Assembly (NCBI RefSeq): GCF_009834535.1
Contig: NC_045707.1
Location: 47,370,001-47,434,000 of the forward strand
Direction of reading: 5' to 3'
DNA: 64,000 bases
Origin: Camelus ferus
Lineage: Eukaryota
The notes below the pieces were generated by a model. That model worked only from the letters and a program-made list of their open reading frames with translations, was not told where the DNA came from and did not search any database. Positions within the stretch are counted from its first letter, which is position 1. Each line of letters opens with the position of its first letter. A program made the position numbers and the translations under genes. Shown here in pieces: positions 12,506 to 25,686 of the stretch.

Positions 12506-15347
12506 AGCCAACGGATTAGTCTCTGAGCTGGTCTAGGCTACAGCCCATTTAATGTGCCCATAATTGTCCTTCTCTCAAGGGCTCTGTGCTTGGGCTTCTG
12601 TTCTTGCTTCTTGCTTTGTTAGTCACTACATATTATTCTTCTCTTTGTTTTTGAACCCTGGGAATGGATACATAATGAAAGTTCTCTCCCTGCCCTGAGT
12701 TAGAGTTGGACCAGTGTCATCTACTGACTGCATGCAGTATCAGCAGCGAGACAGCATAATATTGTGATTGAAGGAGGATTTAACCCGCTGTGGGCCCAAA
12801 GGAATCACTTTCCGCTGGGAGTGTATACTGAAAACAGTTCCCCATCAGCTCAGGCTCCAGACATTATGGTTTAATCACTTCATGCCCAAAGCCATATGGC
12901 AGAAAGCAGCTTAACACTGGATACTGAAATTGCTCCATTAAACAAATGCCTTTTAATTTGATAATTATTAGCATTACCTGGACGTTGACTTCAAGTATGG
13001 GCTTGAGGGACAGGTGAAATCTGGAATGTTCTTTTAAGTTCTTTACTTTGGAGATGGGCCTCTGTCTGAAGTGACACCTCTTGAGCTAGCCCAGAGTGAG
13101 TGTGCTTTTTGGCTCTGAGGATCACTTACCCTGTAGAAAACCTGGTTACTTATTGGGCTGGTGTGCCACTGCTGGATGTCAGAATCTCACTGTGGGCTCT
13201 GAGGTTTATGTCAGACCTAGTTTGGCCAAGAAGAATGCCATGAGAGAGGATGTGAATCATTTCAAGTAAGCTTGTAATAGATAGATACTTCTCTGCTGTG
13301 GGAAAAACCTAATCCTAAGAACGTGGTATCTTACCCTAGACCTGTTGTAGAGGAAAGCAGAGCTCTCTTTCAATGAATTTATGCCTTTTCTTTGCTGAAG
13401 TTCCAGACTTCTCCCAGTCTTCCCTCCACTTTCTCTCCCTGCATGGTTGGCACACTGAGGGTTTCTAGATTCAGGTCAAGGAATCATAGTTACATCTTGC
13501 CCACTAGGTTAGTGTTACAAATGTGTCAGCTAATCAGAACCCGCAAGCGTGGAGGAATGATGACAGTTTATTTTAATATAGTTTGAAAATGTGATAAGGT
13601 TTGTAATGCTGCCAGATGGTTTCCAGAGTCTAGTTCTCACCAAACTGAAAGTCCCTTGAGAGTGAAGACTGTTTTCTGTGTTTGTATTGGCTACATGTAG
13701 CCAATTGCAGACCCACTATTCATGTTTGTTGAATGAATGGATGGAACATCTTTAATGTGCTAATGAATGTACTGTAGTTTATATGCGATGGAAGAAGCAG
13801 TATGGAAGGGGAAAAAAAAGTCTTTCCAGAAGGACAATAAAAACCAAGAAAGCAACATAGACGTATTCAGGGAAGGTGAGGAGAAGGCAGTGAAGCCAAC
13901 ATGAGTAAGTCTGAAAAGGTAGAAAGTCACAACTAAAGACTGAGAAACAAAGTTCCCTTCTAAACAAAAGATAAAGCCTAGCCTTCCTTTTAAAGAAATT
14001 CTCTAACATGACTGATGTTCCTTTCTTAAAACAAAATGTTTTTGTCCCTGTTTCAGAATAATTCCTTTATTCCTAAACTGTATTTTGGACACATTTTAAA
14101 TCTTTTCATGGAGGAAGGGGGCAAGAAAAATGTTCTTTCTGTAGAAAGAGACTCATCTTTTCCCATTTGTTCATTCAAAAAAGGATTTCCACATTCAGAC
14201 TATCCCATAACAGATCCCTTTAGAAGCAAGTATGCAAAGGAAGGCTTGAGATGAATTTAGTCCTTGAGTCTCACAAGTCCTACTGTTCTTGTAAATATTT
14301 TACTATATTCTAATAAAATCCCTCTGTCTTCCTAGGATTAAAGATAGCATACATTTCCTTCTCACTATCAGCAACCTCTCTAAGAACAAAAGAGGCATTA
14401 AACCTCAATACATTGACAGTGGCTACTGAAGATTTAGTTTCAAAACCATCAATTACTCTCAGCCCCACCTTGGAAGTATTAAGTGAAAGCTATCCTGTAA
14501 GGTTATAATTAGACATTGAAAATGCTGATCAGGGAGCTCATAGCCCTTTTCAAGATGCTCCCAGGAGCTTGCCCAATTTCAAAAGGCTATTGGAAGAATA
14601 TAATTAAGGTCACCAAGGGGAAAAAAATCTTCTAAGAATTTTGGGGTGGGAGTAGGGTAGCCACCAAAAGAAATTTTGATTAGCAACTTGTCCCTATGTC
14701 TCTCCTGTGAGACCATCAATGAAAACTGCTACAACATAAGATTGAAAGATATCCAGAGTTTCTTTCTGTATCAAACCTTCTAGATGTGGGCTTGAAAAGT
14801 TTTATTCTACCCTGTGAAAGAGTTCCCTGGGAATTATTTATGGTGTGAGGAATTAGAGAGCAGGCTCCAAGCACATGCCTAAGAACTTGTGGAAAATTTG
14901 GTACAACTTAATAAAGTTGATGTGGTCTCCATTTTTGTCACCCTGAATAAGGGGGTCTGTGATTTTTCAGCACATTTGGTCTATAATTTAATACATAAAT
15001 GCATATAGAGGACCTACTGTGTGTTAGGAGAGGCCCTACTGTGTGCTAGGCACCATGATGGCATGAGGACCCAAAGATTGGCCTTGTCTTCAAGGAGTCT
15101 AATGAAAGGAGGAAGGCAAGTAACTAGGGAGGTGACTGAGATGAATATAAGATGTTAGGAGAGGGGCAGGGACAGGAAGATGAGATGTTTCTGCTTGTGT
15201 GGAAGGTGGCTACCTGTTTGGTAATCTGAGGAGATGCAAGTTAGGTAAGGATGTCTAGATCTGGAAGGGAGGGCTAAGCAGAGAGCCAGCGTGAAAGCAC
15301 TGAAGAGAAAATGGCTTCCCTTAAGTTTTACCTCCTTTCCCTCAGGG

Positions 15348-15361
15348 GTGCCCTCTAGTGG
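15348..15361 (-). promoter_or_regulatory. CTCF core motif
   Basis: The minus strand reads CCACTAGAGGGCAC, an exact match to CCASYAGRKGGCRS, in apparently non-repeat sequence. Confidence 0.65.
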
Positions 15362-16500
15362 GAATGGCAAAATGCCAAGAAAGCCTAAATCATTGGCTTC
15401 TAAGACGTACATTTGTTGACAAAAGTGAAAACTCTGGTGTGTTTAAGTAAGACAGATGACACCTCCCCTTTGCAACACTGGAGGGGAGAAAAGCCAGCAC
15501 AAAGTTCTCAACTTTATACTTAGGGGGTTGCAGTAGGAACAACTGGCAACCAGATTTTCAAAAGGTTAACCCCTATAAAGGCAATACCATCCAAAAGAAC
15601 CTGAAATAACACACCTAGTCACATGTAACTCTTAGTCTCCCTGCACAAGGGCTGCACATACCTTGCTTCCTAATTGTTCATCTAGAGCCCAGGGCCAGGA
15701 CTGGGAGTGCTGCTTATTGGGCTGTATTGGAAAGAATAGTAGTACTCGATGAAGGAAGACTGTAGTGATCAACTAATGATGTCTGCTAAGGGTGTGGGAA
15801 GGGGTGGGGGGCAGCACATGTTCTGTGCATTTGCCAATTCTGGACTAGGGCATATTCTAAGTGAGCTATGTCTGCAATGTAACTGTGGCATATAAAGCTA
15901 AAATTCATTCAGTTGTAACTTCTCTGGCATGAGATAATAGTGGTTTTGGTGATTTTCACTGACACTGGGAATTTTCAATGACTTTATCAGCACTTTGTAA
16001 CTATGACAGATAATGCTTTGGTAGATATTAATACCCTTGGGATCAGATAGATAGATATATTCCATTGTGGAACAGGGATGGTTCATTTGGATTGTTCATA
16101 TCCCAGAGAATGCGTCTTTCAACACCCTTAAATTTCTTGTGTTCTGGTTTGATATTCAACAAACACCCTTCTCGTTGCGAATCTGAGTCCTTGTTCTGGG
16201 AAGGAAGGATCCTAGTTAATTGAAACCAATACTATTGTTACTAGAAATCTGTTTCTCCAATGGAGATGATAATAGTATTTTCTTGATAATAGTTGGCATT
16301 TGGGGTCATATGCCAATTCTTTGTAAGTATAAATTGTATGAGGATTGGCCACTGTTGAGGATTTGGTTAGTGAAGTTTCTCAGTTTGGTTATCCTACCAC
16401 AGGACCCCCACCCCAAGAATATTCTATCCCATAGAACTCTAACTTCAATAGTAATAGGGGCTGGCTTGCTTGCTTCTTGGTGATTGAAAGTTGATCATAA

Positions 16501-16999
16501 GTTTTTTATGTATGTGTGTCTGTTTCTGTTTTGTAAATAAATTCATTTCTGTCTTTTTTTTTTTTTTAGATTCCACATATAAGTCATATCATATGGCATT
16601 GTTCTTTCTCTTTCTGGCTTCACTTAGAATGACGATCTCCAAGTCCATCCATGTTGCTGCAAATGGCATTATTTTATTCTTTTTTATGGCTGAGTAGTAT
16701 TCCATTATATAAATATACCACAACTTCTTTACCCAGTCATCTGTTGATGAACATTTAGGTTGTTTCCATGTCTTAGGAGTTTGAGATTTGTGGATACTAT
16801 ATATAAAATAGATAAACAACAAGTTTATACTGTATAGCATAGGGAACTATATTCAATATCTTGTAGTAACTTATAATGAAAAATAATATGAAAAGGAATA
16901 TAGGTATGTATATGTATGACTGACACATTATGCTGTACACCAGAAATTGACATAACATTGTAAGCTGATTATACTCCAACTGAAAAAATGGAAAAAAAA
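16501..16999 (+). mobile_element. L1 insertion with 5' inversion (twin priming)
   Basis: 16501-16775 is antisense L1 (ORF2 end WKQPKC..YYSAIKKNKIMPFAATWMDLE plus the start of the 3' UTR). 16776-16999 is sense 3' UTR with an A-rich tail. Both flanks share aaa(t)gttgatca. Confidence 0.85.
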
Positions 17000-17443
17000 T
17001 GTTGATCAGTGTTCTCAATAGCATTGATAAAAAAGCTGATCACTGCTACTCTTAATAGTAGATCTTAATAGTAGATGATCTTGTAATTGGTAGCAAAAAT
17101 GATTCAATTACATTGATAGTAATATATTTTTTATAATATATTGTTCAGTTCATAAGCTTTTTTTGTTAAAGATGTGATTGCAGGAAGAGTCAGATTTTGA
17201 GCATGGCCGAAGTTTTGTTATCAGTGAATTTTAATAGCCCCCTCAAAAATAGTTTTAATGAGTAAACATCATCATTAATGTTAAAAATTAATTACCTTTC
17301 TGTGTTTAGCAGCAGAGTAAATAAAAAGAAGTATAAGACAAAAAGCTTCATATTCTAGAGTCTATAATCTAGTTGGGGACACAAAGGATAAAAATAATAT
17401 TAATATAAGATAGTACACACTTTATTACATATATAATTAAATA

Positions 17444-17853
17444 TGTGCATTGGAACTTCTCATATTGGCTTGCAAGAGCCAATTGCTAAATTTTCTAGAG
17501 TTTTGCAAGCTGGTTACTAAACACAGCCATTATTAAAAATTAAATTATATTAACTTATGATTAAATAAATTATATTAAAAGCAAAGATAATAAAGAGCTG
17601 AAACTCACCACTTCCTAATCATTTTACTACATTTTACTATTATCCCTGATCTTGATGTCATTTATACCTACTGTATCTGTACAGTGTGCCTCTGTGCGTT
17701 TCTAACAACTGTGTTCAGTGATATCACATTGGCAGCCTAAACTCAGCCCTGGTGGGAGTATTTACATCATAGAAATTGACAAGCACTGCAGACCAAGACT
17801 TCCTCTCTCCACCCCTCCCAGACAGTTGCTCAGTATTTACCAGCACAGTACTA
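17444..17853. mobile_element. MER63B-like hAT-Blackjack DNA transposon fossil
   Basis: 'aaacacagccattattaaaaattaaattat', 'ggtgggagtatttacatca' and terminal 'atttaccagcaca' match MER63. Confidence 0.8.
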
Positions 17854-18888
17854 TATATAAGCACCAAGTAGGGAGAATAGACTTTAAGAACTCTCACTGG
17901 TCAGAGAAGGGTGAGGTCACCTCAGGTTGGGGACCAGGGAGGTAGGTTTTTGAAGTTGGCTCTGAAGGCGACTTGTGTGTATATGGGTCAGGACCATCCT
18001 CAGGGACATTTAGAACCAGGACAAATCACAGAATGCCCACATGTCCCTGCACATTTCCATACAGGTAAAATCAGGTTAAGATGAAAATTAATTCATGAAT
18101 TAACATGAATATTAATTCAATATTGCTCTCTTTGAAGATGAAGCAAAGTAAATAAAAAAGCAACAACAAGGATGTGAGGCATGCAGGGCAATCTTGCCTC
18201 TCTGGCTGAGGAGTCATGAGATGATTAGATAACCACGGTGACAGCCAGTAAAGAGTTAAAGACCTTTCATTGCTTCTCTTCCTGCCAGGAGCTGATGTCC
18301 CAGAGACAACGTGTTCCCTTTGATCTTGCCATATAACTATAACAACAACAAAAACAACAAAAGAAATGGAAGTTTTTTTAAAAAGGTAGGCTAATAGAAT
18401 GTGTTAGGTGGGGGAGGGCAGTCTTTGGACTCCCACCCTAGATCACTGCTCTTCTTTGCCCCCACATCTTTGCAGACCTCTGCAAGCCTCCTGGGAGATA
18501 ACAGGGGCAGTTACTCATTTTCAATCCGTGGAGATTTTTCTTGATGTAAAGAAAAAAACACTTAAGGTTGAAAAACACTTAAGATAAAAAAAAAACAAAA
18601 AGTAATAGTAGTAGAGACAGGATGGCAGTAGTGAGCCTTAAAGAAATAGGGTGGGGTGGGAAGGTGGAAAGCTTGCGTTTTAACAACTGGCAACAGAGTA
18701 GGCCAGTGTGAGACGTCAGCTGTGCAGCCAGCCCTGGGAGGACCACCATGCAGCACAGGAAGGGAGAGAAAATAGGAAGAGGAAGACTCGAAGGACACAG
18801 ACAGGAACCATTTGTCACTTGGGGCAGGAGCTTATGTCAGGTGAGGAGAGGCTATTGATTGCCTGAGATCCCCATTTCATGAATACAG

Positions 18889-19401
18889 GTGCCATATTTA
18901 ATCACTGCTGAAGTGCCTTTTTTTTTTTTTCTTTTTTCTTTTTTTACAATTTAACAACTTTAAATCAGGATGCATCTTATAATTGATGGTGTCAATGTCA
19001 CTGTTGGTCAGGTGGCAGATTTGACGATGTGGTCATTGCTGTGTATGTGGAAACTTGGCATAGGTGTTCATATTGTGGTCATGTGTTGTTTATTTATTTT
19101 TACTTTTTTTTGGCAGGGGGAGGTAATTAGGTTTACTTATTTATTTTTGGAGGAGATACTGGAGATTGAACCTAGGACCTTCTGCATGCTAAGCATGCAG
19201 CTCTACCACTTGGCCTATACCCTCCCCCATGTGTTGTTTAAAAAATACATATTTATATCAAATAAATTTAACATACAGAAAATAAAAATTTCTAATAAGA
19301 AAGCATGGTGTCATGGTTTAATGGGTGTTTTTTTTTTCTCCATGACAAATTAAATAATGGTGTGTCATGATTAGTGTCACCTTAGATTCAGTGAAATACA
19401 G
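18889..19401. mobile_element. MARNA-like mariner fossil, interrupted by a SINE
   Basis: Ends 'ccatatttaatc' and 'cttagattcagtgaaatacag'; internal 'aaatcaggatgcatcttataattgatggtgtc'. Confidence 0.65.
19093..19228 (-). mobile_element. tRNA-Ala-derived SINE (camelid vic-1-like)
   Basis: tRNA-Ala(AGC)-like head, tail 'cctaattacctccccc', 12-bp TSD atgtgttgttta at 19081-19092 and 19229-19240. Confidence 0.9.
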
Positions 19402-21061
19402 GTCAGTTTGCTGTTAAGGTATCTAAATTAACTGTTTATGAATTTGTGTCTCATATACACACAGTTTTAGGTCTTCTCATTGAATAACTCTGTTGAACCA
19501 GAAATGTGACTTAGGTTGATCAAAATGATCACTTAGAGGTCACTATTCTATGTTCAGAATTGGCCAATCATTTACTGAATTTGGTTGTTCATTTATAACA
19601 ATGTTGTCCAAACAGGGACTATTTTGGCTTGGTACTGCAGGATGCTAAAGGTTACAATTACATGGAGATTGGTGAGTTTCTGGGAGCTTTGATTAGCATC
19701 AAAGAGCTGAGCCACCCTCTCATCTGTCCTTTTTGTGGCAGGGAACTGGCACTCGCTACATCAGACCAGTGTCCTCCAGTGTGGTTGCCTGGAAGAAACC
19801 AGTTTCATTTGGCATCCACTCCAAAATGACACTGTAAGCAGAATGAAGGGTGAAGTGATCAGAAGGTGAAAACTGTGTTTGGGAGTTGGTGGGTCGATCA
19901 TTTGTCTGGAGTGGATTGGGTTTGTGTAGGAGAAGGCTTACAGGTAAAAATGGTGCATTAGACAATGAGTTAGATGCGGACAGGTCAGAATCTACGCACA
20001 CGGTGTGCACTGACATTCACAGACAAATCAGCACGCAGCAGATCTTTTGTTAAGCAGAAGGAACAGGCCAACGAAGGGATAGAAAGCTACAAGGCAGAGA
20101 TGCAAAATTCTTGGCAATCTTTGTCAAAAATGAGGGCTTCTATTCCAGATGCAAAGTTGTAGGGCATAATCCATTTCACAGTTGGTGGGCTGTTTTATTT
20201 TTCAGAAGGGATTGGAGAGAGGGAGGTGGGGAACCCATTCCCTGATGGTGCAGAAGCAGTGGGAAGAAGGGGATCCAGCTCATTTATTTCCCTTTCATTA
20301 GGCCCCTGGAAAAATAAAGACTAAGAATTTAATTGCACTATTTGCTTCTATCTCTAGAAAAGCCGAATTAGTAATTGCATTAACTTGTTACTATGCCTTG
20401 CTCTTACGGGGTAATAAAGTTTTAACTACTGCTTCCTAATTATAGGGTTTTCATTATTCTGAAAATACCACTCAGCATGTGTTCCATTTTCACTTTTATG
20501 AAGTGTTTTGTGGAAAACCGGGGGCTGCGTCTTTAAAAGACCCAAGCTGAGCTGAAGCTGTGACTTGCCCCAGACCATTCCCGTCTGTGCAAAGCAGGGC
20601 ACTACTGTGATTTTTTATCCTTGTTTGATGAATAACACTGTGGGCAGGGACCATATGCTCTGTCACACTCTGGAGTCTGGTGGCCCTGCACAGCAGAGGG
20701 ATAATCACCTTGAGCCAGTGGTGGGTTTTGTTGGGTGGTAGTAATGTCAGAAGTAATGGTAGTCTTTAAAATCTTGCTGCAAGTGGCCTTGGGCCTTCAT
20801 ACCACAGTTAGCTCATGAGAGGTCAAGGACAGGTCACTCCCAAAAGCTGTCAGGAAGGGATTGTCCATCATTCCTTGTTCTTTCTAAGGAGAGCTTTGCA
20901 TCTGAGAATTACAGAGCCCTCAGGGGCAGTGATAGGCCTTGGGTTTTTGCCATTTCTTGCATCTACAGTGCAGTGCTTTTGATGTTTCCAGATCTTCCTT
21001 AGGTGAGAATCAAAATGGACTCATGCAAAGCTGAGTTCATTTATAGAAAAGTAGCAGGAAA

Positions 21062-21173
21062 AAGTGAAAACGAATATAGGTATGTATATGCATGACTGGG
21101 ACGCTGTGCTGTACACCAGAAATCAACACATTGTAACTGACTGTACTTCAATAAAAAAAATAAAAGTTAAAAA
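21062..21173 (+). mobile_element. Short 5'-truncated L1 3' end
   Basis: Terminal L1 3' UTR plus A tail; TSD agaaaagtagca(g/a)gaaa at 21045-21061 and 21174-21190. Confidence 0.88.
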
Positions 21174-22460
21174 AGAAAAGTAGCAAGAAATATCCTTAGG
21201 ATGTTCCACTCCAAATTCAACAAATACAAGTTTGCAATACCTGAATGCATACTCAGTGCTAAAAGCTATGAAGGAGTTGGAGGATAGAATGGTTACTGCT
21301 CTCTGGGACCTACTCTCTGGGGACAGAGGGCTCTATTCACAAGGAACTCTAATGCAGAGCAACATGTGGTATCATATATGTGTTACAAGAGAACTGGACT
21401 AGGGAGGGGGTGTACTTTGGTTCAGACTTCGGTGATTTGAGAAGATGTATCTGGGGTACAGGGGAAAAATATGAGTTAAACTTTTCTGCAAATTTCACAA
21501 AGGTGACCTTGAACAAATCACTAATCTCTCATTTGTCAGTTTTATCATCTTTAAAAAGGAGGTAGCTATCTTAAAGATTATTGGTAGGGCAAAGAACCAC
21601 TCAGTTCATCTCACTGAAAATTTGAGATTTTAACAAAATCCTGAATTCTAGGTGGGACTGGGCAGGTAGAAATGGGAGGAAAAGGAATTCCAGGTGGGGG
21701 AGGGTAACAGCATGAATAAGGATCCAGTGGTAGGAAGGCATTTTTCTGGTTGTAGCATAGAGTTTATGTTGATATTTGTATTTATGTGTGTCTCTGTTGT
21801 GAGGGGGAGTGTGTGTGTGTCCTTTCTTTGTTAGGAAAATCTTCCTTTACAACAGCCCCTTTAAAATATTAAGAAACTCCAAGACAGATGCAAGTTATTT
21901 CTTAGATTATATCTGCAGAGATATTTGCACAAAAAGGAAAAATTCTTAGATTTCTTGATTCATACAGTCATGCTTAGATGATGACCCAGGGGCAAACTGA
22001 AAATTTACAGCTGTTACCTTAACAAAGGGAAGGCATTGTTTATAGTAATCTGAGTACCAACAAATACATTTTTATAGTCTGTTTCCAACCCATAGAATTC
22101 TACCTGTAGGAGCATAAACACTTATAAAAGATTATAGGAAAATAATAAGATATAGCATAAAAATTAGAACAAATAGAATTTTATAAATAATATTACTTTA
22201 CATTTATTTGGCTCTTTTTAGTTTACAAAGTGCTTTTTTCATCATCTAATTTTATGTTTACCACAAACCTGGAAGGGGAGCATTTCTGATATTACTCTGG
22301 CCACTTTCCAGATGTGGAAACTGAGTTCCCATGAGGTTATGTGACCTTTTTGTGGATTTTACACCCAACAAGTGCTAGTCCTAAAACTTGAACTTTGGAC
22401 TCTTCTACAGGATTCTTTCTAGCACCTTAAGTTGTTTCAGGATGAGGCAGTCAGCCTACT

Positions 22461-22512
<52 letters not shown>
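22461..22512. repeat. Compound (TC)n(TA)n(T)n microsatellite
   Basis: Read directly from the sequence. Confidence 0.9.
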
Positions 22513-22769
22513 GAGTAAGCAGGACCAGAGGGCTGAAGTGATGCACTCAAGATCACATAGTTGATGACTACATTGGACCTTAAATCCAAATTTCCTAACT
22601 TTTTGCCCACAACTCTTTTCTCTTAATGCAGGCTATAAAGGACACAGGTTCAAACTAAAAGCACTGCAGAATTCTCCCACGCGGCATTGATCCCATAGGA
22701 TGATGCCCTCTGAATGTCAGGTGATACAATTCCTAAAAGGTAGGATCAAGGAAAATGAAAAAGAGCTGA

Positions 22770-22990
22770 AATATGTGACACACTGCATTGGACTCTTTCA
22801 TTACTTTACATTAACTCATTTAATCCTCCCAAATGCCCTCTGAGGTAACTGTGATGATTAATTTCATTTCATCATGGGAGAAACTGAGGTGGAGAAGTTA
22901 AGTAACCTGACCAGGGGTACGCAGCCGGAAAATGGCAGGTGGGCGGCAGATGTAGGCAGTAAGGCCCTGGAGCCTGACTCTTAAGCACTC
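22770..22990 (-). mobile_element. MIR SINE
   Basis: 'ttaactcatttaatcctc...gaaactgaggtggagaagttaagtaacctgacca'. Confidence 0.75.
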
Positions 22991-23249
22991 AGCTATTAAG
23001 GCAAAATGCACCAATATTTGGAATTCAAAACAGGTGCTAAAACGAAGTCACATTTGCTTAGGAAACTCTCTTAACAAATTGAGCAAATTAATCATGAAAG
23101 AGCAGGGTAAGGTAAACGTTCAGACCAACTAAGCATGCAAATAACTAATGTCAAACATACATCCTATTGTCTAGTCGCTAGCTGAGTACATCTACAACCT
23201 GGTTCCTAACATCATAGCAGGTTTGGAAGCACTATGTGGTTGCACTTTT

Positions 23250-24303
23250 ATGTTTATTTTTTTTTAATTGAGATGTAATTGACATACAGCACTGTATAAG
23301 TTTAAGGTGTACCGCATAATGATTTGACTTACATACATCATGAAATGAGTACCAAAATAGGCTTAGTGAACATCCATATTTCTCATTAAATAGAAAAGAA
23401 ATTTTTTCTATGCGATGACACTTAGTGATAACTAAGTGATAACTCTCTTAACAACTTCATATATAAATACAGCAGTGTTAATTACATTTATCATGTTGTA
23501 CATTATATCCCTAATACTTATTTATCTTATAACTGTTGGATTTTGCTTTTTGACTGCCCTCTTCCGATTTCCCTAACCCCAACCACCCACCTCTGGTAAC
23601 CACAAATCAGATCTCTTTTCTATGAGTTTGTTTTTGAAGTATAATTGACCTGCAATACTATGTTAGTTCCTATTACACAACATAGTGGTTCAACATTTCT
23701 AAATGTCACCAGTAAGTCTAGTACCACCAGTCATCATGCAAAGATATTACATAGCTATTGACTATTTTCCCCACATTGTACATTTCATACCTGTGACTCA
23801 TTTGTTTTGCAACTGGAAGTTCATACCTCTTCATTTCTCCCACCTATTTCACTCACTCTCCATCCCCAGCAACGACCTGTTTGTTTTCTGTGTCTATGAC
23901 TCTGTTTCTGTTTAGTTAAGTCTGTTTCTTTGTTTTATTTGTTAGATTCCACAAATAAGTGAAATTGTATGGTATTTGCCTTTCTCTGTCTGACTTATTT
24001 CAGTTAGCATAATACTCTTTAGGTCCATTCATGTCACAAATGGCAAGATTTCATTCTTTTTTATGACAATAATTCATTGTATATATACCACATCTTCTTT
24101 ATCCATTCATCTATTGATGGACAGTTAGGTAGGTTGCTTCCATATATTGGCTATTGTAAATAATGCTGCAATGAACATAGGGGTGTGTATATCTTTCCAA
24201 ATTAGTGTTTTTGTTTTATTTGGATAAATACCCAGGAGCAGAATTCTGGATTGTCTGGTAGTTCCATTTTTAATTTTTGGAGGAATCTCCATACTGTTTT
24301 CTA
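23250..24303 (-). mobile_element. L1 3' fragment, related to the copy at 1-1556
   Basis: T-rich tail at 23250-23265; colinear with 1-920. Confidence 0.9.
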
Positions 24304-24319
24304 CTGCTGTTGCATTTTT

Positions 24320-24415
24320 TTTTTATTGTTATTGTTAATGGAAGTACTAGGGATTGAATCCAGGACCTTGTGCATGCTAAGCACATGCTCTACCATGGAG
24401 CCACACCCATCACCT
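24320..24415 (-). mobile_element. tRNA-Ala-derived SINE (short form)
   Basis: 'gtactagggattgaatccaggaccttgtgcatgctaagcacatgctctacca'; TSD ctgttgcattttt at 24307-24319 and 24421-24433. Confidence 0.85.
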
Positions 24416-25686
24416 CTGTACTGTTGCATTTTTGAAAACACAGTCTATGCATTGCATTTGTGCTCATTCAAATTAGCATTTCTATTATTAGTCTGACTTA
24501 CAGACACTTCCTATCCATTCTACATTTGCCTTTGTTATCAGATAGTAATGATATCTTGGGAATATGAAGAATTTTCTTCTAAGGACCTTGGATTATTTAA
24601 TTTATGGCATATCAGAACAGTTAAGAATATATGGACCTCTTCTCTTTCTGTCAGAGATGGGGGGGTTGCGTGGGGGTGTTTTAGATGCCCTGTAGTGAAA
24701 CTGTCAGAGGAGAGAAGCAGGGAACTGCTCCTGTCTTTGGGGTGCTTCTCCAGGGTTCACTGGAGAGAGCAGAGGGAACATCGTTCATGAGTCAGATGGG
24801 CGTCTGGTCACGTTATCTTCTGCTCCTTAGGGTGAAACTCAGCCACTGTCTGTAGATTCTATAACAAGTACAAACACTCAAGGAATTCCTCTGGGCTTTG
24901 CATGTTCTGATGCTGAAGAGATGTAGTCCCCTTACTAGAAAATTTTACTAACTCAGTGGAGGTTATGCATAGTAAGTGAACAGAGATCTCTGAGTCTCCA
25001 TAAAACATTGCATTTGCATGTGATACACCACCCAGGAAAATCCTGTGCATTTGCAAGGGGTAGCTTCTTCTTGAAGATGTGCCGCTTGTGGAGAACTGAT
25101 TTCTTAAGAGTCCTTGAGAGCATGCAAATATAGAACCAGCTAGAATCATAACAAAGAAAGGAGCCCTCATTTTCCCCCCTTTTGTCTATTTCCATAAGTA
25201 CAATTCCAACAACTTTAGTAGTTTACTAGTTCCTGAATTACAGGAAAGCTAAAAGCCATTGATTCTGCTTATTGCTTATAAAAAGCAATAAAAATTGAGG
25301 GGTGTCAAAACTTTCTAGCTACATTTGTCTTGTTCTTCCAAATAAATTAAAACGGATAATAATAACAATAATAATAATAAATATGTTATTGCTTATTGAG
25401 TCCTTGTGATGTGGCAGACACAATAGAACCATGATCTCATTTACTTCTTACCACAACCACAAGAAGTGGCAATTTGGACTTAGAACCGAGACCACCTGTA
25501 TCAGTATGATTTGGTTATTTGTTCCATGAAAACTTTGCCTGGGAGAGATAAGACTGTAAACCAATAAATGACTTCTCTGTTTGCTTCAGGAAATTCCTGC
25601 AGATCAGTTTATCTGAGATAACAATCTGCTAATCCTGAGCAAACTTCTTGTTCTCATCAAACCAGTTACCCATCAAGATTTGCCTT

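Noticed and set aside
13130..13295. Possible minus-strand exon with good splice sites
   Set aside because: Stops in all three frames and no other support
15860..16490. Possible decayed pseudogene or integrase-like sequence
   Set aside because: Manual translation gave no identifiable motif; needs TBLASTX or HMM search
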